DNA from: an uncultured SAR116 cluster alpha proteobacterium
Lineage (GTDB): Bacteria; Pseudomonadota; Alphaproteobacteria; Puniceispirillales; GCA-002684695
DNA: 64,000 nucleotides
Direction: 5' to 3'
NCBI GenBank assembly: GCA_902532475.1
Contig: CACAIE010000003.1
Coordinates: forward strand, 11,886-75,885
Shown here: positions 10,292 to 19,948 of the stretch, piece by piece
How the letters are laid out: every line of letters starts with the position of its first letter
How positions within the stretch are numbered: position 1 is the first letter of the stretch
Translations under genes and position numbers: made by a program
The notes under the pieces: generated by a model
Seen by the model: only the letters and a program-made list of their open reading frames with translations
Told to the model about the DNA's origin: nothing
Databases searched by the model: none

Positions 10292-10337
10292 TTTTATAAA
10301 ACAGGAAACTGTTTTTTTATAAAACAGGAAACTGTTT
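10292..10337. repeat. Perfect 23-bp tandem duplication (2 units), each unit a small hairpin
   Basis: ttttataaaacaggaaactgttt at 10292-10314 and 10315-10337. Each unit contains the palindrome aaacag-gaaa-ctgttt. Unit 2 overlaps the 3' end of the SRP RNA. Confidence 0.9.
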
Positions 10338-10414
10338 GACCCAAATAAAACTTGTTACGGCTGCTATCTTTCGATCCTGACCGAATTCGCAAGACATCTG
10401 TCCAAACAGCTCCC
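10326..10414 (-). ncRNA. ffs: Signal recognition particle RNA (4.5S, small bacterial type)
   Basis: Minus strand reads GGGGAGCUGUUUGG...UUCGGUCAGGAUCGAAAGAUAGCAGCCGUAACAAG...GGGUCAAACAGUUUCC. The GGUCAGG-(GNRA tetraloop)-AGCAGCC core matches the conserved domain IV of 4.5S RNA. The 5' GGAGCUGUUUG can pair with the 3' CAAACAGUUUCC. It sits upstream of dnaX, the usual position. Ends are approximate. Confidence 0.75.
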
Positions 10415-10476
10415 CAATTCTGTATGATACAGATGATCAAATCTTTCAAGCATAAAAAAGTAATAAAGTATAATAG

Positions 10477-11334
10477 CTAACCCTTTCGCAAGTTTGAGGC
10501 TGGGTAAGTACCTAATATCTTAACTTTATCTTTCCCACAGTAAAATTCTAATTCTTTCAAAGCATGTTTCATTGGAATCGTATTAGGGTGACCTTCAATA
10601 TCAACATAAAATTGTGTAGCTGTCATATTTCCATCTATCATATATGATTCAAGCTTTGTTAAATTTATACCATTTGTAGCAAATCCACCGAGCGCTTTAT
10701 AAAGTGCAGCTGGGACAGACCGCGTTGAAAATACAAGGGTTGTAATTAATTTCTTTTTCCCTAATTGAGGCATTACATGCGATTTGCTCATAACTAAAAA
10801 CCTTGTTGTGTTATGATTTTTGTCCTCAAAATTTCTTTTAAGTACTTCTAAATTATATTTTTCTGAAGCAAGCCTTGATGCAATAGCTCCAATTTTTTTA
10901 TTTTTTAGTATTGAAATTTCTCTAGCTGCTCCTGCAGTATCAGGATGAATTACTGGAAGAAGATTCAAATTCTTTATATTTTCTCTACATTGAGCAAGGC
11001 CCTGTGCATGGCTTCTTACTTCAGATAAATCTTTAATTTTTGCTCCCTTTATCCCAAGTAGCATGTGATTAACTCTAAAGAATATTTCACCAATAATATA
11101 AAGTCCTGAATCAGGTAATAAGTGATGAATATCAGCAACTCTACCTGCTGTTGAATTTTCAACAGGCACCATTGCTAGTTTAGCTCTATTCTCTTGAACA
11201 GAAGCAATCATTTCTTCAAAAGAAGGACAGGCTAGTGTTTTCATGTTTTTGAAATTTGTTAAACAGGCCATTTCTGAATAAGCGCCAGGAACACCTTGAA
11301 ATGCAATAGTATTATTTAAATTTTTGTTGGTCAT
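10477..11334 (-). CDS. pheA: Prephenate dehydratase
   Basis: IAFQGVPGAYSE N-terminus, the NTTRFLV (TRF) motif, and a C-terminal ACT domain with the LTKLESYM block seen in alphaproteobacterial PDT. Confidence 0.9.
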   Translation of the reverse strand: MTNKNLNNTIAFQGVPGAYSEMACLTNFKNMKTLACPSFEEMIASVQENRAKLAMVPVENSTAGRVADIHHLLPDSGLYIIGEIFFRVNHMLLGIKGAKIKDLSEVRSHAQGLAQCRENIKNLNLLPVIHPDTAGAAREISILKNKKIGAIASRLASEKYNLEVLKRNFEDKNHNTTRFLVMSKSHVMPQLGKKKLITTLVFSTRSVPAALYKALGGFATNGINLTKLESYMIDGNMTATQFYVDIEGHPNTIPMKHALKELEFYCGKDKVKILGTYPASNLRKG

Positions 11335-12110
11335 TAAAATTTACCTTCAGGATTGTTTTTATTATTAATTAATGTGCGAACTTTATCGAGGTCTTTTAGG
11401 GTATCAACCCCTATTGGAGCATCTTCAACTTTCAATGCTTTTATTTCCATGCCATTTTCTAAAGCTCTCAATTGCTCTAATTTTTCTATGGCTTCTAATT
11501 GAGAAGGAGAAAGTGAAATAAATTTTTTTAAACTATTCCTTTTCCAAGCATATATACCTATGTGATGCCAATATTCTCTAGAATTGAATGGAATGCTTGA
11601 ACGGCTGAAATACAAAGCCTTTCCAAAGTTCTTCACATTATTATCCCAAGACATAGCGACTTTTACAACATTAGGATCAGTGACTTCATTTTTTTTAGCT
11701 AAGCTAACTAAAGTAGTAATATCCTCATCTTGAATATGCGACAATAAATTAACTATTATGTCGGGGTCAAAACAGGGCATATCTCCTTGTAAATTAATAA
11801 TTAAATCATATTTTTCACTGGGATCAAATTTTAGTAACGCTTCGTAAACTCTGTCGGAGCCAGAGTTATGCTGTTTACTTGTGAGAATTGCATTGCCACC
11901 ATTATCATGAATTATATCTGCAATTTCTTCGCAGTCAGTTGCGACTAAAACTGGACCTATATTCATGCTCTTTGCATTTGACCAAACGTGCCAAATCATT
12001 GCTTTGCCATCTATGACTTTGAGTGCTTTTTTTGGCAACCTGACAGATGCAATTCTAGATGGAATGATTATAATAGGTTTACATTTTTTATTTTGCTCTT
12101 TATGTTGCAA
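11334..12110 (-). CDS. kdsB: 3-deoxy-manno-octulosonate cytidylyltransferase
   Basis: IIIPSRIASVRLPKKAL...GKAMIWHV N-terminal nucleotidyltransferase motif and NLQGDMP. The stop shares one base with the pheA start (TAATG). Confidence 0.9.
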   Translation of the reverse strand: MQHKEQNKKCKPIIIIPSRIASVRLPKKALKVIDGKAMIWHVWSNAKSMNIGPVLVATDCEEIADIIHDNGGNAILTSKQHNSGSDRVYEALLKFDPSEKYDLIINLQGDMPCFDPDIIVNLLSHIQDEDITTLVSLAKKNEVTDPNVVKVAMSWDNNVKNFGKALYFSRSSIPFNSREYWHHIGIYAWKRNSLKKFISLSPSQLEAIEKLEQLRALENGMEIKALKVEDAPIGVDTLKDLDKVRTLINNKNNPEGKF

Positions 12111-12239
12111 GTTTTACTTCCTTTATATATACCATTCATAAAATTTATTTTTTATTTAGTTGAGATTTAATTGAAATTTAAAGTACAACATTAATATAAC
12201 ATAATTTTTTATAGATTAATTAATAATTGAGATTTTTTT

Positions 12240-12866
12240 ATGAACGATCCATTAGCATTTAATAAAATTTTAGCAGGTTTTTTATGTGCATGCTTAATAC
12301 TATTTGGAGCTGGTAAATTTGCTTCTTTCATGCAGGGTGTCGATGGTGGTCACCATGGTGATGATCATTCAGGAGATGGCCATTCTTCAAGTAAAAATTC
12401 ATACCCTATTGTTGTAACTGAAAGCAGTGTCTCTAATCCTGCAACTGTGTCGTCCAGTCCAATTATGATAACTCCAATTTTAGCTTTAATAGCCAATGCT
12501 GATGCTGATGCTGGGCAAAAACTATCAAAAAAATGTGCTGCATGTCATAGCTTTAATGCTGGGGGAGCTAATAAAGTAGGGCCTAATTTATGGAATATTG
12601 TCAATCGCGATATGGGGAAAGTCGAAAATTATAAATATTCAAAAGCCTTAAGTGCTTTTGGTGGCAAGTGGGACTACTCTTCATTAAATCAGTTTTTATT
12701 AAAGCCTAAACAATATATTAAAGGTACTAAAATGAATTATACAGGGCTTAAAAAAGACAAAGATAGAGCTAATATAATTTTGTGGCTAAGAAGCTTAGCT
12801 GAAACCCCTGCAGAGCTGCCATCTGAAGAAGATATTCAAAATGAAAAAGAAGATATTGCTTCCTAA
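12240..12866 (+). CDS. Membrane-anchored c-type cytochrome (CycM-like)
   Basis: N-terminal TM anchor, a His/Asp-rich linker, then a class I heme domain: KKCAACHSF (CxxCH), GPNLW and the distal MNYTG Met. Confidence 0.8.
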   Translation: MNDPLAFNKILAGFLCACLILFGAGKFASFMQGVDGGHHGDDHSGDGHSSSKNSYPIVVTESSVSNPATVSSSPIMITPILALIANADADAGQKLSKKCAACHSFNAGGANKVGPNLWNIVNRDMGKVENYKYSKALSAFGGKWDYSSLNQFLLKPKQYIKGTKMNYTGLKKDKDRANIILWLRSLAETPAELPSEEDIQNEKEDIAS

Positions 12867-12872
12867 ATACAG

Positions 12873-13652
12873 ATGATCGATAATGATAAATTAAAAAACT
12901 TCTTTAATTTATTGGTTGTTGAAAATAGAAAAATTATCCTACCATATTTTAGAAAAGAAATTGAAGTTGAGACAAAGACAGATTTAAGCCCTGTAACAAT
13001 TGCTGACAAATTATCTGAAAAAAAAATAAGGGCATTGATTTTGGAAAATTTTCCTGAACATAGCATCCAAGGTGAAGAATTTCCAAATGAAAATTTAGAT
13101 TCTGAATACCAATGGATAATTGATCCAATTGATGGAACTAGATCATTTATAGTTGGCAGACCAACATTTGGTACTTTAGTGGGACTTTACAAACAAAAGG
13201 AACCATTGGCTGGTTTAATTGATATGCCTGTTCTTGAGGAAACTTGGATAGGTATAAAAAATAATGGCGCTTATTTTAATGGGTCCAAAATAAAAACCAA
13301 AGACACAAAGCAGATTTCTTTGTCAACAATAGCTTGCACATCACCTAATATGTTTAATAAATCTGAATTTGGATTGTATACAAAAGTAGAGAAAAAGTGT
13401 AAAAATTCAGTTTGGGGTGGAGATTGCCATAATTTTGCTTTACTGGCTGGAGGTTATTTAGAAATTGTAATAGAAAATAATTTATCATGGCATGATATTG
13501 CGGCCTTAGTTCCTATAATTGAGGAAGCAGGAGGATGCGTATGTGATTGGAAGGGAAATAAAGTTCACGAAAAAGGTAAGGGTGACATAATTGCATGTAA
13601 TAACGAATTTACACAAAAGGAAGTGCTCAAATTAATGATGAGAAATAAATGA
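12873..13652 (+). CDS. Inositol monophosphatase-family phosphatase (possible histidinol-phosphatase HisN)
   Basis: WIIDPIDGTRSF metal-binding motif and a C-terminal WD..A..PI..EAGG block. Confidence 0.75.
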   Translation: MIDNDKLKNFFNLLVVENRKIILPYFRKEIEVETKTDLSPVTIADKLSEKKIRALILENFPEHSIQGEEFPNENLDSEYQWIIDPIDGTRSFIVGRPTFGTLVGLYKQKEPLAGLIDMPVLEETWIGIKNNGAYFNGSKIKTKDTKQISLSTIACTSPNMFNKSEFGLYTKVEKKCKNSVWGGDCHNFALLAGGYLEIVIENNLSWHDIAALVPIIEEAGGCVCDWKGNKVHEKGKGDIIACNNEFTQKEVLKLMMRNK

Positions 13653-14587
13653 ACAAAAAAATAAATGTTTTATATTATTGGGATCTAGATGGATTTAATC
13701 GTTGGTCTAATATATTTTCAAAAAAGGCCCCAGATATTAATTTGGTGCATAAAGATAATACTTTTTCTGATGAAGTAGATGTAGCACTTGTATGGCTTCC
13801 TCCAAAAGGCTTGCTAGCCAGTTATAAAAACCTGAAAGGTGTTATTAACTTAGGCCAAGGTGTTGACCATCTTCTAAAACCTGGAATTGTTCCAAAAAAT
13901 TTACCAATCATAAGGCTTGTAGACCCTGATATGTCGAAACAAATGTCAGCGTGGGTATCTCTTCAAGTTCTAAGAGAAACTTGCTTTATGGAAGAATATT
14001 TAGATCAAGAAAGAAATAAAAATTGGCAGACAGTTCGCTTTATACCTAGTAATGAGTGGACTATTGGCGTTCTTGGTATAGGGGCAATTGGCGAACATGT
14101 AGCGCTATCACTTTCTAATTTTGGTTATGCTGTGAAAGGATGGTCAAGGAGCAAAAAAAAATTTGATGGCATTACATGCTATCATGGAGAAAACGGACTT
14201 ACTGAAATGCTGCCCAAATGCAACATTTTAATATGTCTTCTTCCTCTCACAAATGAAACCCGACATATTATCAACAAAAACACAATGTCACTACTTCCTA
14301 AAGGCGCTTCAATCATAAATGCTGGTCGAGGAGGCCATGTGAATGAAGATGATTTATTGGAAATGATTTCACTTGGGAAAATTAAAAATGCCTACCTAGA
14401 TGTTTTTGAAACAGAACCATTGCCTAAAAATCATCCTTTCTGGGATCATAAAAATATCATTATTTGGCCACATGTCGCTGCCCAAACAAATACGGATACC
14501 TCCATAGATCAAATAATAAATGCAGCACGCTGTTTGGTTAATAACGATGTTGCACCTAATCAAATTGACAGAGAAAAAGGTTATTGA
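13649..14587 (+). CDS. D-2-hydroxyacid dehydrogenase (glyoxylate/hydroxypyruvate reductase A-like)
   Basis: NAD fold GVLGIGAIGEHVA, a catalytic-region NAGRGGHV...D block and WPHVAAQT. Its ATG overlaps the preceding stop (ATGA). Confidence 0.8.
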   Translation: MNKKINVLYYWDLDGFNRWSNIFSKKAPDINLVHKDNTFSDEVDVALVWLPPKGLLASYKNLKGVINLGQGVDHLLKPGIVPKNLPIIRLVDPDMSKQMSAWVSLQVLRETCFMEEYLDQERNKNWQTVRFIPSNEWTIGVLGIGAIGEHVALSLSNFGYAVKGWSRSKKKFDGITCYHGENGLTEMLPKCNILICLLPLTNETRHIINKNTMSLLPKGASIINAGRGGHVNEDDLLEMISLGKIKNAYLDVFETEPLPKNHPFWDHKNIIIWPHVAAQTNTDTSIDQIINAARCLVNNDVAPNQIDREKGY

Positions 14588-15859
14588 TAATTTTTTATAT
14601 AATCATTTAAATAATAAAACAAAGCCCTAAGTGACGTTGCTTCTCCTCCTAAAGGGCGTCCAGGTAAACTTTCTATATTCCATGCCATAACATCTAAATG
14701 CATCCAATTAGTTTCTTTGTTAATAAACTTTTGTAGAAATAAAGCAGCAGTAATTGCTCCCCCATAGGAGGAAGAACCTGTGCTTGACAGGGCACCGTTT
14801 GCTTTATTTAAAAACCTTTCGTATGGTTTATGTAAAGGCATTTGAAAAATCGGATCGTTTACTTTGTTCGCAACAGAGATTAAGCGCAAGCTTTCATGGC
14901 TGTTATTTGAAAACAACGCGGGTAGTTCTGTTCCAAGAGCAACTCTTGCGGCACCTGTTAAAGTTGCAAAGTCTATAAGAAGATCTGGGTTTTGTTCATT
15001 AGCATAGTTGAGAGCATCTGCTAAAATTAATCTTCCTTCTGCATCTGTATTACCAATTTCAACATCTATTCCACTTCTTGTTCTAATGACATCTAAAGGT
15101 CGCATAGATTTTCTAGACACAGCATTTTCAACTGTAGGTATTATTAATCGAATATTGACATCTAAATTGTCCAATATTAGTGAATGAGCTAAGCCCATAG
15201 CTATAGCTGCACCACCCATATCTTTTTTCATGAGCTCCATCGCTTTTGCAGGTTTTAAATCTAAACCTCCACTATCAAATGTTACGCCCTTACCTACTAA
15301 GGTTATATTAGGAAACTTTTTATCTTTTTTCAGGATTCATTACGTTTGCAGGTAAATTAATTAAATCTCTAGCTAAAAAAACTCCATTTATTAAAGGTAG
15401 AACTTCTTTTAAATTTTTCTCTTCTATGCAGAGTTTTGCTTGATTAATGAATAAAGTTGATATTTTTTCTTTAGAAACAAAAGGAGAGAAATTGTAGTTT
15501 TCTAAAGCCCAAGCCACTGCATAAATGCTAATATTATTATTTTTAGGAGGAAAAACTTTATAACTACCATTAGGTAAAGATTTTTTTATTTTAGCGATTT
15601 CCCAAAAAATATTTTTATTACCGACTATTGCAAAAACCTCACTTATATTTAATTTGCTGTCGGGGCATAATAAAACTGAACCTGAAAATGGTTTAAAGCC
15701 ATTTCCATCTATCCAATTTTTCAATTTTAATGGACAACTCTTATACCAGTCTTTGAATGATTTTTCTTCAATTAGACTTAATTTGATACAATTTTTTATT
15801 GTACTCGATAACCCAGATCTTTTTTGATTATTTAAATTTAAGTATGCATTTGAATTCAT
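14581..15859 (-). pseudogene. M17 leucyl-aminopeptidase-family gene split by a frameshift (and apparently internally shortened)
   Basis: ORF 15320..15859 is the N-domain and ends ...LINLPANVMNPEKR-stop. The frame of ORF 14581..15240 is open upstream of its Met and reads ILKKDKKFPNITLVGKGVTFDSGGLDLKPAKAMELMKKDMGGAA...NTDAEGR. The frames switch within an A6 run (15325-15330). Confidence 0.55.
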
Positions 15860-15895
15860 AATAAGTATTTTATAACCTATAATAATTAAAACAAT

Positions 15896-17236
15896 TTAAT
15901 TATTATAGTGAAATAGCCTTTTAAAATAAAACGATAAAAAAATCCCTCTACAAAGCAAAAATATCAAATAACTAATCCACAGAGATTGAATATTACCTTT
16001 CATAAATAGAATAAAATAATTAATTATTAGAAAAACAATAAATGCTAAAATAGTTGAATTTCTCATAGCATTGCTTTCAGATGCTCCGATAAAAAACCCA
16101 TCAAGCATATAAGCCCAAACAGAAATTAACGGAAGAATTACTAAGTAGGGAATTAATTCATTGCTTGTTGATAGAATATCTTCAATGGAGGTAAAAACTG
16201 ATAACAAATTTTCACCAAAATAAAAAATTAATATTGATATTATTAAAGCTAAAATAAAACCTAAAAACAGTGTTTTAATTATTACCATTAAAGATGTTTT
16301 TTTATCTTTTTTCCCTATGGAATTTCCTAATAAAGTTTCAGCTGAATGTGCAAATGAATCAAGGCCATAAGCAACAAAACTCAAAAACACCAGGTAAATC
16401 TGAATAACTGCAAGAGAATTATTGCCAAGTTTAGCTGAATTGTTAATTAATATAAATTCTGCAAAAACTATACAAAGAGTTCTAATAAAAAAATCTCTCG
16501 AAACACCAAAGACTAATTTAAAGTTTTTATCCAAAATAAAGTAAGGATTGAATAAATGTTTTATATAGGAACTATCAAATTTAATTAATTTTTCTAATAA
16601 AATCATACTCAACAACCAACCTGCCCACTGAGCTATAACAGTTCCTAATGCAACTCCTATAATACCAAAGTTTAAAATTAAAACAAAATAAACGCTTAGT
16701 ATTGCATTTAACAAACTTACAAAAATTAACTGAAGCATTGCTGATTTGGGTGCACCTATGCCTATGAAAACACCTAGCAACACCATATTCATAAGTGTTG
16801 CTGGTGCTGCATAAGAACGATAATAAATGTAATCTGACATTAAAGATTCCGTAGCAATTGAGCTTGATATTACAAATTGAGACAATTTAATTAATGGAAT
16901 TGAGAAAATTGTAATTATTATTCCTATTGCCAAGGCTATACTGAGAGTTAATGAAATTAGATTTTTTATGCCTTCAATATTTTCTCTGCCTCTTTCTTGA
17001 GCGGCTAATCCTGTTGTGCTCATTCTTAAGAAATTTAAGGAAAAATAAACAATACTCAAAACCACACCCCCCAAGGCAATTGCAGCAATAAAAATTGCAT
17101 CTTCTTTTTGACCCATAACTGCTGTATCAGTTGCTGTGACAATAGGAATGGTCAAATTAGCAAGGATTATAGGCCACGAGAGCTTCCATATTGAATAAAA
17201 GGAAGGCTTATTATTATAAATTTGTTTAAAAATCAT
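15896..17236 (-). CDS. MATE-family efflux transporter (DinF/NorM-like)
   Basis: 446 aa, about 12 TM helices, two-fold internal symmetry, N-terminal W....PI......P motif typical of MATE. Confidence 0.7.
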   Translation of the reverse strand: MIFKQIYNNKPSFYSIWKLSWPIILANLTIPIVTATDTAVMGQKEDAIFIAAIALGGVVLSIVYFSLNFLRMSTTGLAAQERGRENIEGIKNLISLTLSIALAIGIIITIFSIPLIKLSQFVISSSIATESLMSDYIYYRSYAAPATLMNMVLLGVFIGIGAPKSAMLQLIFVSLLNAILSVYFVLILNFGIIGVALGTVIAQWAGWLLSMILLEKLIKFDSSYIKHLFNPYFILDKNFKLVFGVSRDFFIRTLCIVFAEFILINNSAKLGNNSLAVIQIYLVFLSFVAYGLDSFAHSAETLLGNSIGKKDKKTSLMVIIKTLFLGFILALIISILIFYFGENLLSVFTSIEDILSTSNELIPYLVILPLISVWAYMLDGFFIGASESNAMRNSTILAFIVFLIINYFILFMKGNIQSLWISYLIFLLCRGIFLSFYFKRLFHYNN

Positions 17237-17327
17237 TTAGTTTTAAAAGTTCAATTGAAACAATTAATTAATTATCTTAAATTAGAAATTACTTAATAAA
17301 ATGCATTCCTAACTTTACAATGTTTTC

Positions 17328-19121
17328 ATGAATTTGATAAACTTTTTAAAATTTTCTAACCTCAACAAACACATGTCTTCTTTTATTGATTTTGTTAGTG
17401 AAATCGCAAAATATTTTTCAACCATTACAAAAATAGTTTTGGTATCAAGTTTGGTATTAATTTTTATCTTGCCAGGCATGAATTCTATTCCTCCACTTGA
17501 TAGAGATGAGGCTAGATTTTCCCAAGCCAGTAAACAAATGTTAGAAGATAAAAACTATGTTGTTATAAAATTTCAAGAAGAATTAAGGTCAAAAAAACCA
17601 ATTGGTATTTATTGGTTGCAAGCAACAAGTGCATATATTTTTGGAAAAGAAAATATTATGTCATACAGAATTCCAAATATTATTGCATCCATATTGTTGA
17701 TTTCTATTTTTGGAATTTTTGTTTATAGAGTTTCATTTAAATTTTTTGACCAATCAATATCTTCGTCTATGACTTTTGGTTTTTTCTCTGCACTTGTTCT
17801 ATCAACATTACTTGGGATCTCTATAGAGATAAGACAAGCAAAAACTGACACTGTTCTTCTTTTGCTTTGTACAGTGCAGCAACTTCTTTTTTGGAAGATA
17901 TACAGTTATGGTAAAGATCAATGGAATCAATATAAGCATCATGAACTGGTTTGGACCGTAAGGTTGTTATGGATTATTATTGCATTTGCAGTTCTAATAA
18001 AAGGCCCTATTTCTCCACTTCTGTTTATACTTACTTTATTAGGTGTTTGCATTCTTGATAGAATTTCAGAAAAAAAATGGGATCTTTCATGGCTTTCTTT
18101 ATTACTATGGTTTCAAGGAATATTAATTATAATTACTATCTGTCTGCCTTGGTTCTACTTAGCTTGGCAAGCAACCGATGGGGCATTAGTTTTAGATTCC
18201 ATAAATAAAGACTTTCTTGGGAAAATAAAAAGTAGCCAAGAAAACCATTGGGGGCCATTTGGAAGCCATTTTATATTATTGTTTTTCACTTTTTGGCCAA
18301 TGGTATTATTTATTCCATATGCAGGTAGAGCATTTATTGATTGGAAACATCATAGATTTATCAAATTTTTGATTTCTTGGGTAATCCCTTTTTGGTTTAT
18401 TTTAGAATTGGTTCCAACTAAGCTACCTCACTATATTTTGCCAATTTTCCCAGGAATTATATTATTAATTTTTATTGGAATTTCATCCCCTCCAAGCGGA
18501 AATCGTATCTTACATTTGGCAAGTCAAATTTATAGAGGTCTGGTAATTATGTTTACTATAATTCTATCAATTACCTTTTTATACATAACAGTCATTTTTT
18601 CATCAAGTACTTTACTTATATTTTCTGGCTTTGTTTTATGCTGCGTTTTACTTACTTCAATTTTATCTGGAAATCTTTTCTTTTTAAATAGATGCAGAAA
18701 TAAGATTGCTCCTTTATTTGCAATGCTAATTTTCGCCGGCATATCAAATGCCATTCTTTTTTCTATTATTATACCAAACCTAGATCGTATACATATTTCC
18801 CCTAAGATTGTTAAATACATTAATGAATTAGATAAAAAACCTGACACAATAGTTTCAACCGGATATCATGAACCTTCACTAGTGTTTTCTTTAGGTAGGG
18901 ATACATTACTTTTGAATCCTGAAGAAGCTGCTCTCGTGATCGCAGAAGGAGAAAATACTATAGCTATAGTTGAGCAGAGAGCACTAAAAACATTTTTAAT
19001 AACTTTAACTAATTTAAGTGAAGAGGTTGAAGAAATAGTCAGTTTTTCTGGAATTAACCTCGCAAAAGGTCAAAAAACCATTATTAGCTTATACAAGTCA
19101 AGTCAAAAAATATCTCAATAA
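17328..19121 (+). CDS. GT39/ArnT-like polyprenyl-phosphate-sugar-dependent glycosyltransferase
   Basis: 597 aa polytopic membrane protein. First periplasmic loop PPLDRDEARFSQAS (the DE-x-R motif of the ArnT/PMT family) followed by KPIGIYW. Confidence 0.7.
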   Translation: MNLINFLKFSNLNKHMSSFIDFVSEIAKYFSTITKIVLVSSLVLIFILPGMNSIPPLDRDEARFSQASKQMLEDKNYVVIKFQEELRSKKPIGIYWLQATSAYIFGKENIMSYRIPNIIASILLISIFGIFVYRVSFKFFDQSISSSMTFGFFSALVLSTLLGISIEIRQAKTDTVLLLLCTVQQLLFWKIYSYGKDQWNQYKHHELVWTVRLLWIIIAFAVLIKGPISPLLFILTLLGVCILDRISEKKWDLSWLSLLLWFQGILIIITICLPWFYLAWQATDGALVLDSINKDFLGKIKSSQENHWGPFGSHFILLFFTFWPMVLFIPYAGRAFIDWKHHRFIKFLISWVIPFWFILELVPTKLPHYILPIFPGIILLIFIGISSPPSGNRILHLASQIYRGLVIMFTIILSITFLYITVIFSSSTLLIFSGFVLCCVLLTSILSGNLFFLNRCRNKIAPLFAMLIFAGISNAILFSIIIPNLDRIHISPKIVKYINELDKKPDTIVSTGYHEPSLVFSLGRDTLLLNPEEAALVIAEGENTIAIVEQRALKTFLITLTNLSEEVEEIVSFSGINLAKGQKTIISLYKSSQKISQ

Positions 19122-19200
19122 CATTACATTACCTTGCAGTTTAACAAATTGAGCGTTATGAAATGTTAGGTAATTAAATTCTTTTGAATAGCTTTGCTTA

Positions 19201-19941
19201 ATGATTATTAAATCACAAAAACTTGAAATTTCTATAATTATTCCCGTTTTTAATGAAGATGAAAACATAAGAACATTAGCGTTTGAAATAAATGAATCGC
19301 TTAAACATTATCCTCATGAAATTATTTTTGTCGATGATGGGAGTAACGATAATACAAAACTTGAAGTTTTAAACTTAACTGAATTAAAACAAGTTAGATT
19401 AATCAGCCATGAAAGTTGTCAGGGGCAATCAGTTGCAATGAGAAGTGGGATAATAAATGCAAAATCAAACTTAATTGCCACTCTTGATGGCGATGGACAA
19501 AATGATCCAAAGGACCTTCCACTAATGATAGAAACTTACAAAAATTCAGAATCAAATTGTGTTTTGGTAGCTGGAATTAGGCATAAAAGAAAAGATAGTT
19601 TCAATAAAAGAATGGCATCTAAATTTGCGAGGTTCATAAGAGAGTTGTTATTTTCAGACAGCCATCCAGATTCTGGATGTGGAATTAGAGTTTTTGATAA
19701 AGAATTATTTTTAATGATGCCTTTCTTTAATCACATGCATAGATTTTTTACTATCTTAGCTATAAGATACAATGCAAATGTTCTTGGAGTTAATGTAAAT
19801 CACAGAGAGCGGATAAAAGGAAAGTCAAAATATACAAACTTAGGAAGAGCTTTAGTAGGTGTATATGATCTCTTTGGAGTTATATGGATACTGAGAAGAA
19901 CTCCAAAAAAATTTGCAATAGAAGAGACGACGAAAAAATAG
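19201..19941 (+). CDS. GT2 polyprenyl-phosphate glycosyltransferase (ArnC/DPM1-like)
   Basis: IIIPVFNEDENI, VDDGSNDNT and DGDGQNDP (DxD), plus a C-terminal TM pair. Confidence 0.85.
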   Translation: MIIKSQKLEISIIIPVFNEDENIRTLAFEINESLKHYPHEIIFVDDGSNDNTKLEVLNLTELKQVRLISHESCQGQSVAMRSGIINAKSNLIATLDGDGQNDPKDLPLMIETYKNSESNCVLVAGIRHKRKDSFNKRMASKFARFIRELLFSDSHPDSGCGIRVFDKELFLMMPFFNHMHRFFTILAIRYNANVLGVNVNHRERIKGKSKYTNLGRALVGVYDLFGVIWILRRTPKKFAIEETTKK

Positions 19942-19948
19942 GTTTTTT

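Noticed and set aside
10292-10337. The 23-bp tandem repeat considered as a minimal CRISPR array or mobile-element terminal repeat.
   Set aside because: There are only two units, directly abutting with no spacer, and no cas genes or transposase anywhere in the window. It is better explained as a slippage duplication of the SRP RNA 3' hairpin.
12497-12514. Hexanucleotide microsatellite (tgctga tgctga tgctgg) in the cytochrome c gene, encoding ADADAG. A similar gctgatgctgat occurs at the start of the cupin gene (about 42961).
   Set aside because: It has only 2-3 units and is in frame. It is consistent with ordinary Ala-Asp coding repeats and too short to argue for phase variation.
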